From: an uncultured Candidatus Berkelbacteria bacterium | Lineage (GTDB): Bacteria > Patescibacteriota > UBA1384 > UBA12157 | Length of the DNA stretch: 64,000 nt | Direction of reading: 5' to 3' | NCBI GenBank assembly: GCA_903877885.1 | Contig: CAIRFN010000006.1 | Span: 156,332 to 220,331 of the forward strand | Part shown: positions 17,306 through 26,503 of the stretch, in pieces | How the letters are laid out: every line of letters starts with the position of its first letter | Position numbering within the stretch: position 1 is the first letter of the stretch | The notes under the pieces: generated by a model | Told to the model about the DNA's origin: nothing | What the model saw: only the letters and a program-made list of their open reading frames with translations | Databases searched by the model: none | Position numbers and translations under genes: made by a program

Positions 17306-18550
17306 GTGAATTTAAAAAAACAAGATCCGGAAATTTTTAATATCATCGAATCGGAAAAAAAGCGACAGGTTGAAGGTTTGGAAATGATTGCCTCGGAAAA
17401 CTATGTTTCCGAAGCGGTTTTGGAAGCTACGGGCTCGGTTTTAACCAATAAATATGCTGAAGGCTATCCAGGCGCTCGCTACTATGGCGGCTGCGAATTT
17501 ATTGATCAAGCCGAGAGTTTAGCCATTACTAGGCTCAAAAAATTATTCAAATGCAAATTTGCCAATGTTCAACCTCATTCTGGTTCATCAGCCAATATGG
17601 CGGCTTATGCCGCTTTAATCAAACCCGGTGACAAAATTCTCGGTCAAGGTATGGATTCTGGTGGCCATTTGACTCATGGCGCGAAAGTCTCTTTCTCTGG
17701 AAAGTGGTTCGAATCTGTTTCTTATGGTCTCGATCCGGAAACCGGGGTTTTAAATTACGATGAAATCTTAAAAATCGCTAAACGTGAAAAACCAAAAGTA
17801 ATCATGTGTGGCTATTCCGCTTATCCAAGAAAAATCGATTTTAAAAAGTTTCGAGAAATCGCCGATTCGGTTGGCGCCTATTTAATTGCTGATATTGCCC
17901 ATATCGCCGGATTGGTTGCTACCGGTTATCATGAATCGCCAATTGGCGTGGCCGATATCGTTACCAGTACCACCCACAAGACCTTGAGAGGCCCTCGTTC
18001 AGGTATAATCATGACAAATGATGAAGAACTAGCCAAGAAAATTGATAAGGCGGTTTTCCCCATGCTTCAAGGTGGACCATTAGAACATGTTATTGCCGCT
18101 AAAGCGGTGGCTTTTGGTGAAGATTTGCTTCCGGAATATAAAAAATACATCAAGCAAGTTTTGGTTAATATGAAAACTTTTGCCAAGACTTTGCAAAGTT
18201 TTGATTTTGATTTAGTCACCGGCGGTACGGAAAATCATTTGATTTTAGTGGATTTAAGAAATAAAAATTTAACCGGAGTCGATTTTCAACACGCTTTGGA
18301 AGAAGCCGGGATTTCGGTCAATAAAAACGGCATTCCCAATGACCCAAATCCGCCGAAAGTTACTTCTGGTATTCGGGTTGGTACCGCTGCCCTTACTACT
18401 CGCGGTATGGGCGAAACCGAAATGAAACGCATTGCCGAATTATTTAACATCGTGGCAGAAAATATCAATAATCCAAAAGTTTTAGCCAAGGTTAAAAAAG
18501 AAGTAAAACAAATGACTAAAAACTTTCCGGTGCCGGGAATAAAATCATGA
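17306..18550 (+). CDS. glyA: Serine hydroxymethyltransferase
   Basis: ASENYVS, the PLP lysine context [12 protein letters not shown], and length 414 aa. Confidence 0.9.
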   Translation: MNLKKQDPEIFNIIESEKKRQVEGLEMIASENYVSEAVLEATGSVLTNKYAEGYPGARYYGGCEFIDQAESLAITRLKKLFKCKFANVQPHSGSSANMAAYAALIKPGDKILGQGMDSGGHLTHGAKVSFSGKWFESVSYGLDPETGVLNYDEILKIAKREKPKVIMCGYSAYPRKIDFKKFREIADSVGAYLIADIAHIAGLVATGYHESPIGVADIVTSTTHKTLRGPRSGIIMTNDEELAKKIDKAVFPMLQGGPLEHVIAAKAVAFGEDLLPEYKKYIKQVLVNMKTFAKTLQSFDFDLVTGGTENHLILVDLRNKNLTGVDFQHALEEAGISVNKNGIPNDPNPPKVTSGIRVGTAALTTRGMGETEMKRIAELFNIVAENINNPKVLAKVKKEVKQMTKNFPVPGIKS

Positions 18551-19128
18551 ACAAACTAATTTGTTTGGTTGGAATGCCGGGGGCTGGTAAGTCGGCTGTG
18601 TCCGAATATCTATTATCCAAAAAAGATTTTGGTTATTTTCGGTTTGGTCAAATTGTGCTCGATAAAGTGATCGAAAGCGGCCAACCTCAATCCGAAGAAT
18701 TAGAGCGGAAAATTCGCGAAGATATTCGTACTGAACACGGCATGGCCGCCATGGCGATTTTAAATTTACCAAAAATCGAATTACTGATTAAAAAAGGTGA
18801 TGTGATTGGCGACGGCCTGTATTCTTGGGAAGAATATTTATTTTTGAAAGAAAAATTTGGCGATAATTTAATTATTGTTGCGATTTATTCTTCGCCTAAA
18901 CTTAGATATTCACGGTTAGAAAATCGAGCTGAAAAACATGGCGTTGACACAGAACTTAAATTTAGAAGTTTTACAGAAGATGAAGTTAAAACTCGCGATC
19001 GGGCGGAAATCGAAAATTTGCATAAAGCTGGTCCGATCGCCATGGCCGATTATACTTTAATCAACACCACGACTCTCAAAAACTTACAATCTCAAATCGA
19101 TCAAGTCCTCACGGAAATATACAAATAG
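18547..19128 (+). CDS. P-loop nucleotide/nucleoside kinase-like protein (shikimate-kinase/AAA_18-like fold), function unassigned
   Basis: Walker [11 protein letters not shown]; 193 aa. It overlaps the glyA stop and closes the thymidylate cluster. Confidence 0.5.
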   Translation: MNKLICLVGMPGAGKSAVSEYLLSKKDFGYFRFGQIVLDKVIESGQPQSEELERKIREDIRTEHGMAAMAILNLPKIELLIKKGDVIGDGLYSWEEYLFLKEKFGDNLIIVAIYSSPKLRYSRLENRAEKHGVDTELKFRSFTEDEVKTRDRAEIENLHKAGPIAMADYTLINTTTLKNLQSQIDQVLTEIYK

Positions 19129-19203
19129 CCAGCCATCTTGCCACCTTTGGCTATCTGGTGTAGAATAGAGATATTAAGATATCTTTATATGATTGGAGAT
19201 CAA

Positions 19204-20403
19204 ATGGAAACCGAATCAAACCAAAACGACCACAAAACAATTGGTCGTGAACTAGCCTTATTTAGCTTTGACGAACAGGTTCCAGGCGTTGTTTATTGGT
19301 GGCCAAAAGGCTGGACAATGTTTAATTTGATTAAAAATGATTTGGCTAAACAGCTCGCTGACGATGGTTACGTGGAAATAAACACGGCTAGAATTATCAG
19401 CACGGAAACTTTAAAACAAAGTGGCCATTTTGATAATTATCATGAAAAACTTTTCTTTGTTGGTAATGAAAAAGAACTCGAAAAACCAAAATGGTGTTTA
19501 AAGCCAATGAGTTGCCCAGGCGGTTTGAAAATTTTTAGTCAAGAAATTCATTCCTACAAAGAGTTGCCAATTAAAATTGCTGAATTCGGTTCAGTTTATC
19601 GCTATGAACAAGCCGGTGAAGTCAATGGTCTTCTTCGAGTTCGCAATTTGACTCAAGATGACGCCCATATTTATTGTGAAGAAAATCAAATCGAAGGCGA
19701 AATCGAAAAATTAATTGATTTTGTTAATGAGACTTATTTGCGTTACGGTTTTAAAGATATTCGAGTGGAGCTTTCGACTCGTCCAGAAAAATCAATTGGT
19801 TCTGATGAAGTTTGGGGAAAAGCCGAAAATGGCCTTAAAAAAGCTCTTGATGGCAAGAAAATCGAATATACTATCAACGCTGGCGATGGTGCTTTTTATG
19901 GTCCAAAAATCGATTTTCATGTCAAAGATTCTTTGGGCCGCTCTTGGCAAATGGGCACAATTCAGCTTGATTTTGCTATGGCTGAACGTCTTGACGCTAA
20001 TTATATTGATCGAGATGGCAATAAAGTTCACCCGGTCATGATTCACCGCGCGATTTTTGGTTCACTTGAACGCTTCATTGCAATTTTGTTAGAATCAACT
20101 GGCGGGGCACTGCCTGCTTGGTGTGCGCCGGTTCAAGCGATGATTTTACCGATCTCCGAAAAACATGTCGAGCATGCTCAAAAAATTGCGGCTGAATTAA
20201 AAACCCAAAATATTCGAATTCAACTTGATGATCGCAATGAATCAGTTGGCCGCAAAATCCGCGATGCTGAACTTCAAAAAGTGCCATTTATTATTGTTTT
20301 AGGCGACAAAGAAATTGAGTCCGGCAAATTAGCCGTTCGTGTCCGCGGTAGTAGAGATTTAGAAAATCTCTCAATCGAAGAATTCGTTGAAAAAGTTAAA
20401 TAA
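19204..20403 (+). CDS. thrS: Threonine--tRNA ligase, minimal form lacking the N-terminal TGS and editing domains
   Basis: NDHKTIGRELALFSFDEQVPGVVYWWPKGW (compare ThrRS RDHRKLG..LF...PG), class II motifs LRVRNLTQDDAHIY and GSLERFIAILLE, and a C-terminal anticodon-binding domain. The start was moved to ATG 19204, which has a GGAG Shine-Dalgarno. Confidence 0.8.
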   Translation: METESNQNDHKTIGRELALFSFDEQVPGVVYWWPKGWTMFNLIKNDLAKQLADDGYVEINTARIISTETLKQSGHFDNYHEKLFFVGNEKELEKPKWCLKPMSCPGGLKIFSQEIHSYKELPIKIAEFGSVYRYEQAGEVNGLLRVRNLTQDDAHIYCEENQIEGEIEKLIDFVNETYLRYGFKDIRVELSTRPEKSIGSDEVWGKAENGLKKALDGKKIEYTINAGDGAFYGPKIDFHVKDSLGRSWQMGTIQLDFAMAERLDANYIDRDGNKVHPVMIHRAIFGSLERFIAILLESTGGALPAWCAPVQAMILPISEKHVEHAQKIAAELKTQNIRIQLDDRNESVGRKIRDAELQKVPFIIVLGDKEIESGKLAVRVRGSRDLENLSIEEFVEKVK

Positions 20404-20508
20404 TACTATTTAAAAAACTGTCCAAAAATATGGTTCAATTTATGAGCTAAATATCGCGATCGCGATAAAACGCTCATTATTTAAACCTGTAATTTGGATG
20501 GTTTTTTG

Positions 20509-21558
20509 TTATTTGTGGTTAATCAATTGATCGAGGATTTCCCACCGTCTTTTTTTGTCGGAAGCGGGAACATCATCTTTCATTTTAGCTGAAACTGTAC
20601 CAACGCGTGGTGAGTACTGGTTAACATAGGCTTTGAAAAAACCAATTTTCTGGCAAGCGTCAAAAGTGTGATTAAATTGCTCTTCGGTTTCACTGGGAAA
20701 ACCAACGATAATATCAGTAGACAATTTTAGATTTTGAATTTTCGATTTTAATTTATCCACAAGTTCTAAAAATTGGGTGCTGGTGCATTTTCGGTTCATT
20801 TTGCGTAAAATTTCATCATCGCCAGATTGCATCGCCAAATGCAGTTCTTTAGTCCATTTTTTTAAATTACTAAAAGTTTCAATTAATTCATCCGACATAT
20901 CTTGTGGATTAGAAGAAATAAAATTAAATTTAAAATCACCTTCAAAGTTATCCACAGCTTGCAAAAGTTTACTAAAATCAAAGTCATAGGAATTCACATT
21001 TTGGCCCAAAAGCCAAATTTCTTCAAAGCCTTTGTTGAGAGCGATTTTTACTTCTGCAGTGATATCTTCTGGTTTTCGAGAAACTTCACGTCCACGGGTG
21101 TAGGGGACGGCACAATAGGAACAGAAGTTGTTGCAACCAGTCATAATTGGAATATATGCGATCGATCCAGAAAGTTCTGGAATTATATCTAAATAATGAT
21201 TTACATTATTGTTATTCTGGATTCCAGATCCGGAACCCGTCCGGTCTGGAATGACAGAGGAGAGGTGAGGCAAATCATCAATGTGCAGAAATTGAATATC
21301 GCGGGCCGCGTATTTTTTGCGGTCGCTTTCTAAAACACAACCGGTAATTAAAATTTGTTTACCGCCGGCGCGCCATTTTTTAATACCACCCCAAATTCGA
21401 TCAATCCCTTTTTGTCTAACTGAACAAGAGTTCACAACCACCAAATCAGCCTCTTGTTCGGAGGCTGATTCATATCCTAAACTATTTAATTTTGATTCAA
21501 TTCGTTGGGAATCAGATATATTCATCTGACAACCAAGAGTCATTATAAAATATGTCAT
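20509..21558 (-). CDS. MiaB/RimO-family radical SAM methylthiotransferase without a TRAM domain
   Basis: N-terminal MTTase domain (TLGCQMNISDS), radical SAM CNNFCSYC; only 349 aa. Confidence 0.75.
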   Translation of the reverse strand: MTYFIMTLGCQMNISDSQRIESKLNSLGYESASEQEADLVVVNSCSVRQKGIDRIWGGIKKWRAGGKQILITGCVLESDRKKYAARDIQFLHIDDLPHLSSVIPDRTGSGSGIQNNNNVNHYLDIIPELSGSIAYIPIMTGCNNFCSYCAVPYTRGREVSRKPEDITAEVKIALNKGFEEIWLLGQNVNSYDFDFSKLLQAVDNFEGDFKFNFISSNPQDMSDELIETFSNLKKWTKELHLAMQSGDDEILRKMNRKCTSTQFLELVDKLKSKIQNLKLSTDIIVGFPSETEEQFNHTFDACQKIGFFKAYVNQYSPRVGTVSAKMKDDVPASDKKRRWEILDQLINHK

Positions 21559-21616
21559 AAAATTATCAGCTGATTTATTATAGCATTAAAAAAGTTTCTA
21601 ATCAATAAATAAAAAA

Positions 21617-21648
21617 CCGAACAAAATTAATTCTGTTCGGAAAGATAA
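21617..21648 (-). terminator. Intrinsic terminator downstream of the 112-aa ORF
   Basis: ccgaaca...tgttcgg hairpin followed by a U-run on the minus strand. Confidence 0.5.
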
Positions 21649-21663
21649 TTCTTCAGTGTTTCG

Positions 21664-22002
21664 TTAAACTTCGTTGTCTTTAACCAAGAATATTGGTGGG
21701 GCTCCGTTGATAAAGATGTATTGGATGTAATCGATATCGATTGGTTGAGCAAGCTGCCAAATATCGTCACTATCTAACGAACCGGGTATCGGTTCTTCGA
21801 GTCGACATTGACCACCAAGAGTATCAAAACTTCTGATGCGGACTGGGTTATCAAGCTTCACTCTTAGCGCATTGAGTGATTCTTCGGTGACAATGCCATG
21901 GTGCCAGTCATATTCTAATCCCTGCGGATTAACCTGGACGCCATCATTTTCTCTTATTGTCAAGTTTGGTCTTTGCTGAACATCACAAATCATTGTTGCC
22001 AT
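21664..22002 (-). CDS. Hypothetical protein (moderately GC-elevated)
   Basis: 112-aa ORF with no recognisable motif. Confidence 0.35.
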   Translation of the reverse strand: MATMICDVQQRPNLTIRENDGVQVNPQGLEYDWHHGIVTEESLNALRVKLDNPVRIRSFDTLGGQCRLEEPIPGSLDSDDIWQLAQPIDIDYIQYIFINGAPPIFLVKDNEV

Positions 22003-22065
22003 CTACGGTTACCTCCCCTTAAGATAAAATTATCATACATTAAAATTAGATTTAAATCAACCAAA

Positions 22066-22090
22066 AAATGCCCTTTCGGGCATTCTTGGC
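22066..22090 (-). terminator. Intrinsic terminator downstream of rplY
   Basis: aatgccc-tttc-gggcatt followed by a U-run on the minus strand. Confidence 0.55.
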
Positions 22091-22112
22091 TATACTTATA
22101 TAGTTATAAATC

Positions 22113-22796
22113 TTACTCTTCTTTAGCTTCTTCGCTTTCGGCTTTTTCGGCTTCTGTTGCGGCTTCCATACTTTCAATGGCGGCTTTTTCGGCATCGCCA
22201 GTTGATTCAGTTTCCATTTCTTCCAATTCGGCCTCAGAACGTGGTTCGCTGACCATGGCAATGGTTTCATCAGCGTCGGTAATAACTTCAATACCTTCTG
22301 GAATAGTTAAATCAGAAACTTTGATCGAATCTTCAAAGGTTTTTAGAACGGAAATATCGACTTCGATTTCAGAAACCAATTTGTCTGGCAAACATTTAAC
22401 TTCAATCGCATCTTTACTGGTAATTAAATTACCTTCTAAATCACGAACAGCTGGCGATTCACCAACAAATGTTAGTGGAATTTCAGTGTGAATTTCTTCT
22501 TTCATGTTAACTTTATACAAATCGACATGAAGAATTTGATCAGTGATTGGGTCGTATTGTGGTTCAAGAATCAAGGTTTTAACTGGTTCTTGGCCATCAA
22601 TTTTCAAAGTAACGATAGTTGAGCTACCAGCTTCTTTGTAAATTTTTTCAAATTCTTGGCGACCAAAACTTAAATTTAAGTTTTCAAAACCACGGCCATA
22701 CAGGACGGCAGGAATTTTGTTGTCATTTCGAACTTGTCTTGCTTTTCGGCCGAGTTTCTCGCGAACTTCAGCGGTTAAATTGACTGTTTGTTGCAT
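22113..22796 (-). CDS. rplY: 50S ribosomal protein L25 (Ctc form) with an acidic C-terminal extension
   Basis: NLTAEVREKLGRKARQVRNDNKIPAVLYG, then a beta-barrel and a Glu/Ala-rich tail. Confidence 0.85.
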   Translation of the reverse strand: MQQTVNLTAEVREKLGRKARQVRNDNKIPAVLYGRGFENLNLSFGRQEFEKIYKEAGSSTIVTLKIDGQEPVKTLILEPQYDPITDQILHVDLYKVNMKEEIHTEIPLTFVGESPAVRDLEGNLITSKDAIEVKCLPDKLVSEIEVDISVLKTFEDSIKVSDLTIPEGIEVITDADETIAMVSEPRSEAELEEMETESTGDAEKAAIESMEAATEAEKAESEEAKEE

Positions 22797-22826
22797 GATA
22801 TTTTTCCTCTATTTCTGGCAAATTTT

Positions 22827-23120
22827 TCACTTTGCCCAAATTTTTTCAAAATCGCCTTTAAAACTTTTTAAACTATTTGATAAATCTAAGACTTCATCGG
22901 TAGTAATGGCTGGTTCAATTTTAGTGTCATCAGCCTTATTTTCTTCATTGAACATGGACATAAACACGGTCAGATGGCCGTCGGTACAGGTTGTTTGAAC
23001 GACCAAGATTTGTTCGAAAGCGCCGCGAACTTTGATTTGAGATAACTCAAATTTTTTGCCGCAAATCGGACAAGCCAGGTCACGCTGAATTTGTTTCAAT
23101 AATTCTGGCATATTTGGCAT
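22827..23120 (-). CDS. Hypothetical small protein (single CPxC)
   Basis: 97-aa ORF between rplY and trmD. Confidence 0.3.
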   Translation of the reverse strand: MPNMPELLKQIQRDLACPICGKKFELSQIKVRGAFEQILVVQTTCTDGHLTVFMSMFNEENKADDTKIEPAITTDEVLDLSNSLKSFKGDFEKIWAK

Positions 23121-23167
23121 ATTTAAATCCTCGTATGAAGATATTGTATCTTAAATCAGGCAAAAAG

Positions 23168-23842
23168 TCAAATATTAGAATCGAGTAAATCTGGTCTTCG
23201 GACTTTAGTTCGTTCGATTGACTGATCGCGTCGCCATTTGGCGATTTCGGCATGATTGCCGGAGAGTAAAATCTCCGGTACATATTTCCCTAAAAATGTT
23301 TCAGGTCTGGTATATTGAGGGTATTCTAAAAGATTTTCCGAGAACGATTCTTCTTGGATTGATTCTTCTTTATCGATAAAACCAGGAATCATTCGGCAAG
23401 TAGCATCAATAATTGTTTGAGCTGGTAAATCGCCAGAAGTTAAGACAAAATCACCCAAAGAAATTTCTTCATCAACCAAGTCGCGAATGCGTTCATCATA
23501 GCCTTCAAATCGACCGGCAATCAAAATTAAATTATCTTCTTTGGCAAATCTTTTCGTATCATTTTGATCAAACTTTTTTCCTTGAGGACAAAGTAATATA
23601 ATTTTTGATTTTTTATTCCGAATTTTATCGAGGGCATTTGCCATCACATCAACTTTTAAAACCATGCCTGGGCCGCCACCATAAGGAGTATCATCGATTG
23701 AGCGGTGGATGTCGAAAGCATAGTCATGCAAATTATGAATATTAACCTCAATAATTTCGCGACTAATGCCACGCGCAATTAGACCCGTTTGTAAAAACGA
23801 ATCGTAGATACCAGGTTGAGTTGTAATGATATTAAAATTCAT
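23168..23842 (-). CDS. trmD: tRNA (guanine37-N1)-methyltransferase
   Basis: DDTPYGGGPGMV and the SPOUT knot region; the start was placed at MNFNIIT. Confidence 0.9.
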   Translation of the reverse strand: MNFNIITTQPGIYDSFLQTGLIARGISREIIEVNIHNLHDYAFDIHRSIDDTPYGGGPGMVLKVDVMANALDKIRNKKSKIILLCPQGKKFDQNDTKRFAKEDNLILIAGRFEGYDERIRDLVDEEISLGDFVLTSGDLPAQTIIDATCRMIPGFIDKEESIQEESFSENLLEYPQYTRPETFLGKYVPEILLSGNHAEIAKWRRDQSIERTKVRRPDLLDSNI

Positions 23843-24001
23843 ATTTTTTCCATTTCTTAACAAAAAATCGCCAAATCTGTCAAACAGAAATTGTGGCGAT
23901 TTCTTGTATTTTAAATTTTATAATTTATCGCAATAAATTTCCGCGACAAACTTCCCTGACCAATTTATCGATAGATAAATTTCTATGATAAATAGGTTTG
24001 G

Positions 24002-24340
24002 CTATACCACTTCAGTGGCTTGACCATCTTCTAATGGCTTTTCGTCATTAGCTTCAGGTACGCGTACTTCTCTTCCACCTTCTGGCTCAACAATCTTCAG
24101 GTTAACCCGAGCATTGTTTTTGGCGCCAAGAACGCGAAGTAGGGTACGGATCGATTTAGCGGTGCGACCTTCTTTACCGATGATTTTGCCCATATCTTCT
24201 GGATTAACGGTAAGTTCGATTAAAACTCCCATTTCATCGACAGAACGACTGGTTTTAACATCGTTTGGATTGTCAACAATCGCTTTTACAACTGTTTCAA
24301 CAAATTCTTGATCAGCTTGTACCATAGTAATCCTTTGCAT
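24002..24340 (-). CDS. KH-domain RNA-binding protein (YlqC/UPF0109 family)
   Basis: IIGKEGRTAKSIRTLLRV KH core; its position between rpsP and trmD is typical. Confidence 0.8.
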   Translation of the reverse strand: MQRITMVQADQEFVETVVKAIVDNPNDVKTSRSVDEMGVLIELTVNPEDMGKIIGKEGRTAKSIRTLLRVLGAKNNARVNLKIVEPEGGREVRVPEANDEKPLEDGQATEVV

Positions 24341-24445
24341 GTGTTTGATACTGGTGTATCTTTGGTTTTGGGCAGTTCGACCAACTGCTTTAAAATCTAA
24401 TTTAATTGTAACAAATTAACAATAAACTGCAACAAGTTAAAGATA

Positions 24446-25012
24446 TTATTCAGCTTTTTCTTCAGTCTTTTCTTCTTCTTTTTCTGCGACTTCTTCAATA
24501 ACCGCTTCCTCGGCTGGTTTTTCTTCAACGGTTTCGGTCTTTTCAGCTACTTTTTCCGCTTCTTCTTCCTTAATCTCGGAAATTGCTTCTTCGGCAGCAG
24601 CCATTAACGGATCAACATGATCAGCGGCTTCTTTTTCAGCTTCGACTTGAGCGTCAAAAGCTTCTTTAGCCGCTTCTTTTTCGGCTTGTTCACGAGCTTT
24701 TTCGACTTCTTCTTCAGCCTTGATTCGTTCTAATTCTTTTTTGCTAATTTTGCGATATTTTTTGACCACAATGGATTTGTGTTCCATTTTTTCACGAGTC
24801 ATAAGTTTAGCGACGGTGTTTGAAGGTTGTGCACCTTTTTTCATCCAATCAATCGCTTTCTCTTGGTTTAAAACTAATTCTTTAGTTCTTGGGTCATAGT
24901 TACCGATCATTTCCACATATGGAGAAGTAACCGCTTTGCGGCTATCGGCGACGACGATTCTATAATTTGGTTGTCCTTTTTTGCCTGTTCGGCGAAGTCT
25001 AATGACTAACAT
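24446..25012 (-). CDS. rpsP: 30S ribosomal protein S16 with a long charged C-terminal extension
   Basis: MLVIRLRRTGKKGQPNYRIVVADSRK core, then a roughly 100-aa Lys/Glu/Ala-rich tail. Confidence 0.85.
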   Translation of the reverse strand: MLVIRLRRTGKKGQPNYRIVVADSRKAVTSPYVEMIGNYDPRTKELVLNQEKAIDWMKKGAQPSNTVAKLMTREKMEHKSIVVKKYRKISKKELERIKAEEEVEKAREQAEKEAAKEAFDAQVEAEKEAADHVDPLMAAAEEAISEIKEEEAEKVAEKTETVEEKPAEEAVIEEVAEKEEEKTEEKAE

Positions 25013-25150
25013 GTTTTTTCCTCTACCCTGAATTTAATTTAAGGGTCAATTTTATTTAAAATCGATTCCTTAGAGGGCATCTTTGTGACAGATGTTTAGA
25101 AATCTTTAATAATTATATCAAATTTACTATCTATTGTCAATCAGATATAA

Positions 25151-26503
25151 CTATTTTATTTTTCCAAACCATTTTGGCTTGGTCCCGTGGAAGCCTTTGA
25201 TAAAATCGGTAAAGCTCATGATCTGTTTTCCTTCGGGTTGAACCACATCTAAAACAAGTTTGTTATCGTCCATATGAGTTTGATGGATAATCAATCTTTT
25301 ATCATCAATAAAGGTGTAAGATCCTGGCCAAGGAAAATAGGCGCGAATTTGCGCGTCGATTTTGGCAGTTGGTTTTGTCCAATCAATTTCGCCGTCTTCT
25401 TTTTTAAATTTTTTTGTTCGGCTAGCTAAATTTTCATCTTGATCCATTGGATGAAGTTTATTATGGATTAGTCGAGGCAGTGAATGATAAAGCAATTTAA
25501 CGGCGGCGACAGCCAAGCGTTTTTCCAAACTTAAGCTATTATCATCTTCATCAATATCAATTTTGATTTGTGAAAGGACTGGCCCTTTATCAATTTCTGG
25601 CACCATTTTAATAAGTGACACGCCAGTTTCAACATCATTATTTAATATTGCAGTTTGAATTGGGGTGGCACCGCGGTATTTTGGTAAAAGTGATGGATGC
25701 AAATTAAGGGCGCCGAACTTGGCGACAGTTAAAATGTCATTTTTTAGAATTTGGCCGAAGTCGCTTAAAATAATTATATCTGGATCTTGAGCTTTAATTT
25801 TTTCTAAATCCAAATTAATGTTTTCGGTTTCTAGAATTGGTAAATCAAACCTAATCGCTTCTTCGTGTACGTTCGTGAACTTAGTTGCTTTATCTCGTCC
25901 GGCTGGTTTGGCTTTTTCAGTTACAACCAGCGGGATGTTTAAACCCAAAGAAATTAAGCCGCGCAAAATAATCGCTGCAAATTCGCCGGAGCCAACGAAA
26001 ACAATTTTCTTTGATTTTAAATCTGGAAAATCGCTTAAATATTTTTCTCGAACTCGGTCAGTAAACATAATACCGTTTAAATGATCGATTTCGTGTTGCA
26101 AAATGCGGGCTAAAAAACCTTTGGGCGCAATCTTTTTAGTTCGACCCATCTCATCTTGATATTTAACTTTAAGTTTTTTGCTTCGCTCGGTTTCCAATTC
26201 AATTGGTGGAATTGAAAGACAACCTTCATCAGCCAAATCAGTTTCATTGGAATATTCAATAATTTCCGGATTGACAAAACAAGTCAAAGGAATAATTCCC
26301 CGATCTTCATAAGGACATTCGACAATTAAAACTCGATTATCAATGCCAAGTTGATTGGCAGCTAAACCAACGCCGCCTTCGCCCCGTAAAGCTTTGGTCA
26401 TAGCTTTAATTTGATCAATTAAAGATTCGTTAAAATCGACCACTTTTTGAGTTGTCTTTTTTAAGATTTTATTTGGAACTGTGACTATTTTTAAGTTTTT
26501 CAA
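25151..26503 (-). CDS. Fused peptide deformylase / methionyl-tRNA formyltransferase (Def-Fmt)
   Basis: The N-terminal half has PDF motifs GVGLAANQLG, EGCLSIP and QHEIDHLNG. The C-terminal half is Fmt (KIVFVGSGEFA ... NLHPSLLPKYRGATPIQTAILN). A single 450-aa ORF. Confidence 0.85.
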   Translation of the reverse strand: MKNLKIVTVPNKILKKTTQKVVDFNESLIDQIKAMTKALRGEGGVGLAANQLGIDNRVLIVECPYEDRGIIPLTCFVNPEIIEYSNETDLADEGCLSIPPIELETERSKKLKVKYQDEMGRTKKIAPKGFLARILQHEIDHLNGIMFTDRVREKYLSDFPDLKSKKIVFVGSGEFAAIILRGLISLGLNIPLVVTEKAKPAGRDKATKFTNVHEEAIRFDLPILETENINLDLEKIKAQDPDIIILSDFGQILKNDILTVAKFGALNLHPSLLPKYRGATPIQTAILNNDVETGVSLIKMVPEIDKGPVLSQIKIDIDEDDNSLSLEKRLAVAAVKLLYHSLPRLIHNKLHPMDQDENLASRTKKFKKEDGEIDWTKPTAKIDAQIRAYFPWPGSYTFIDDKRLIIHQTHMDDNKLVLDVVQPEGKQIMSFTDFIKGFHGTKPKWFGKIK

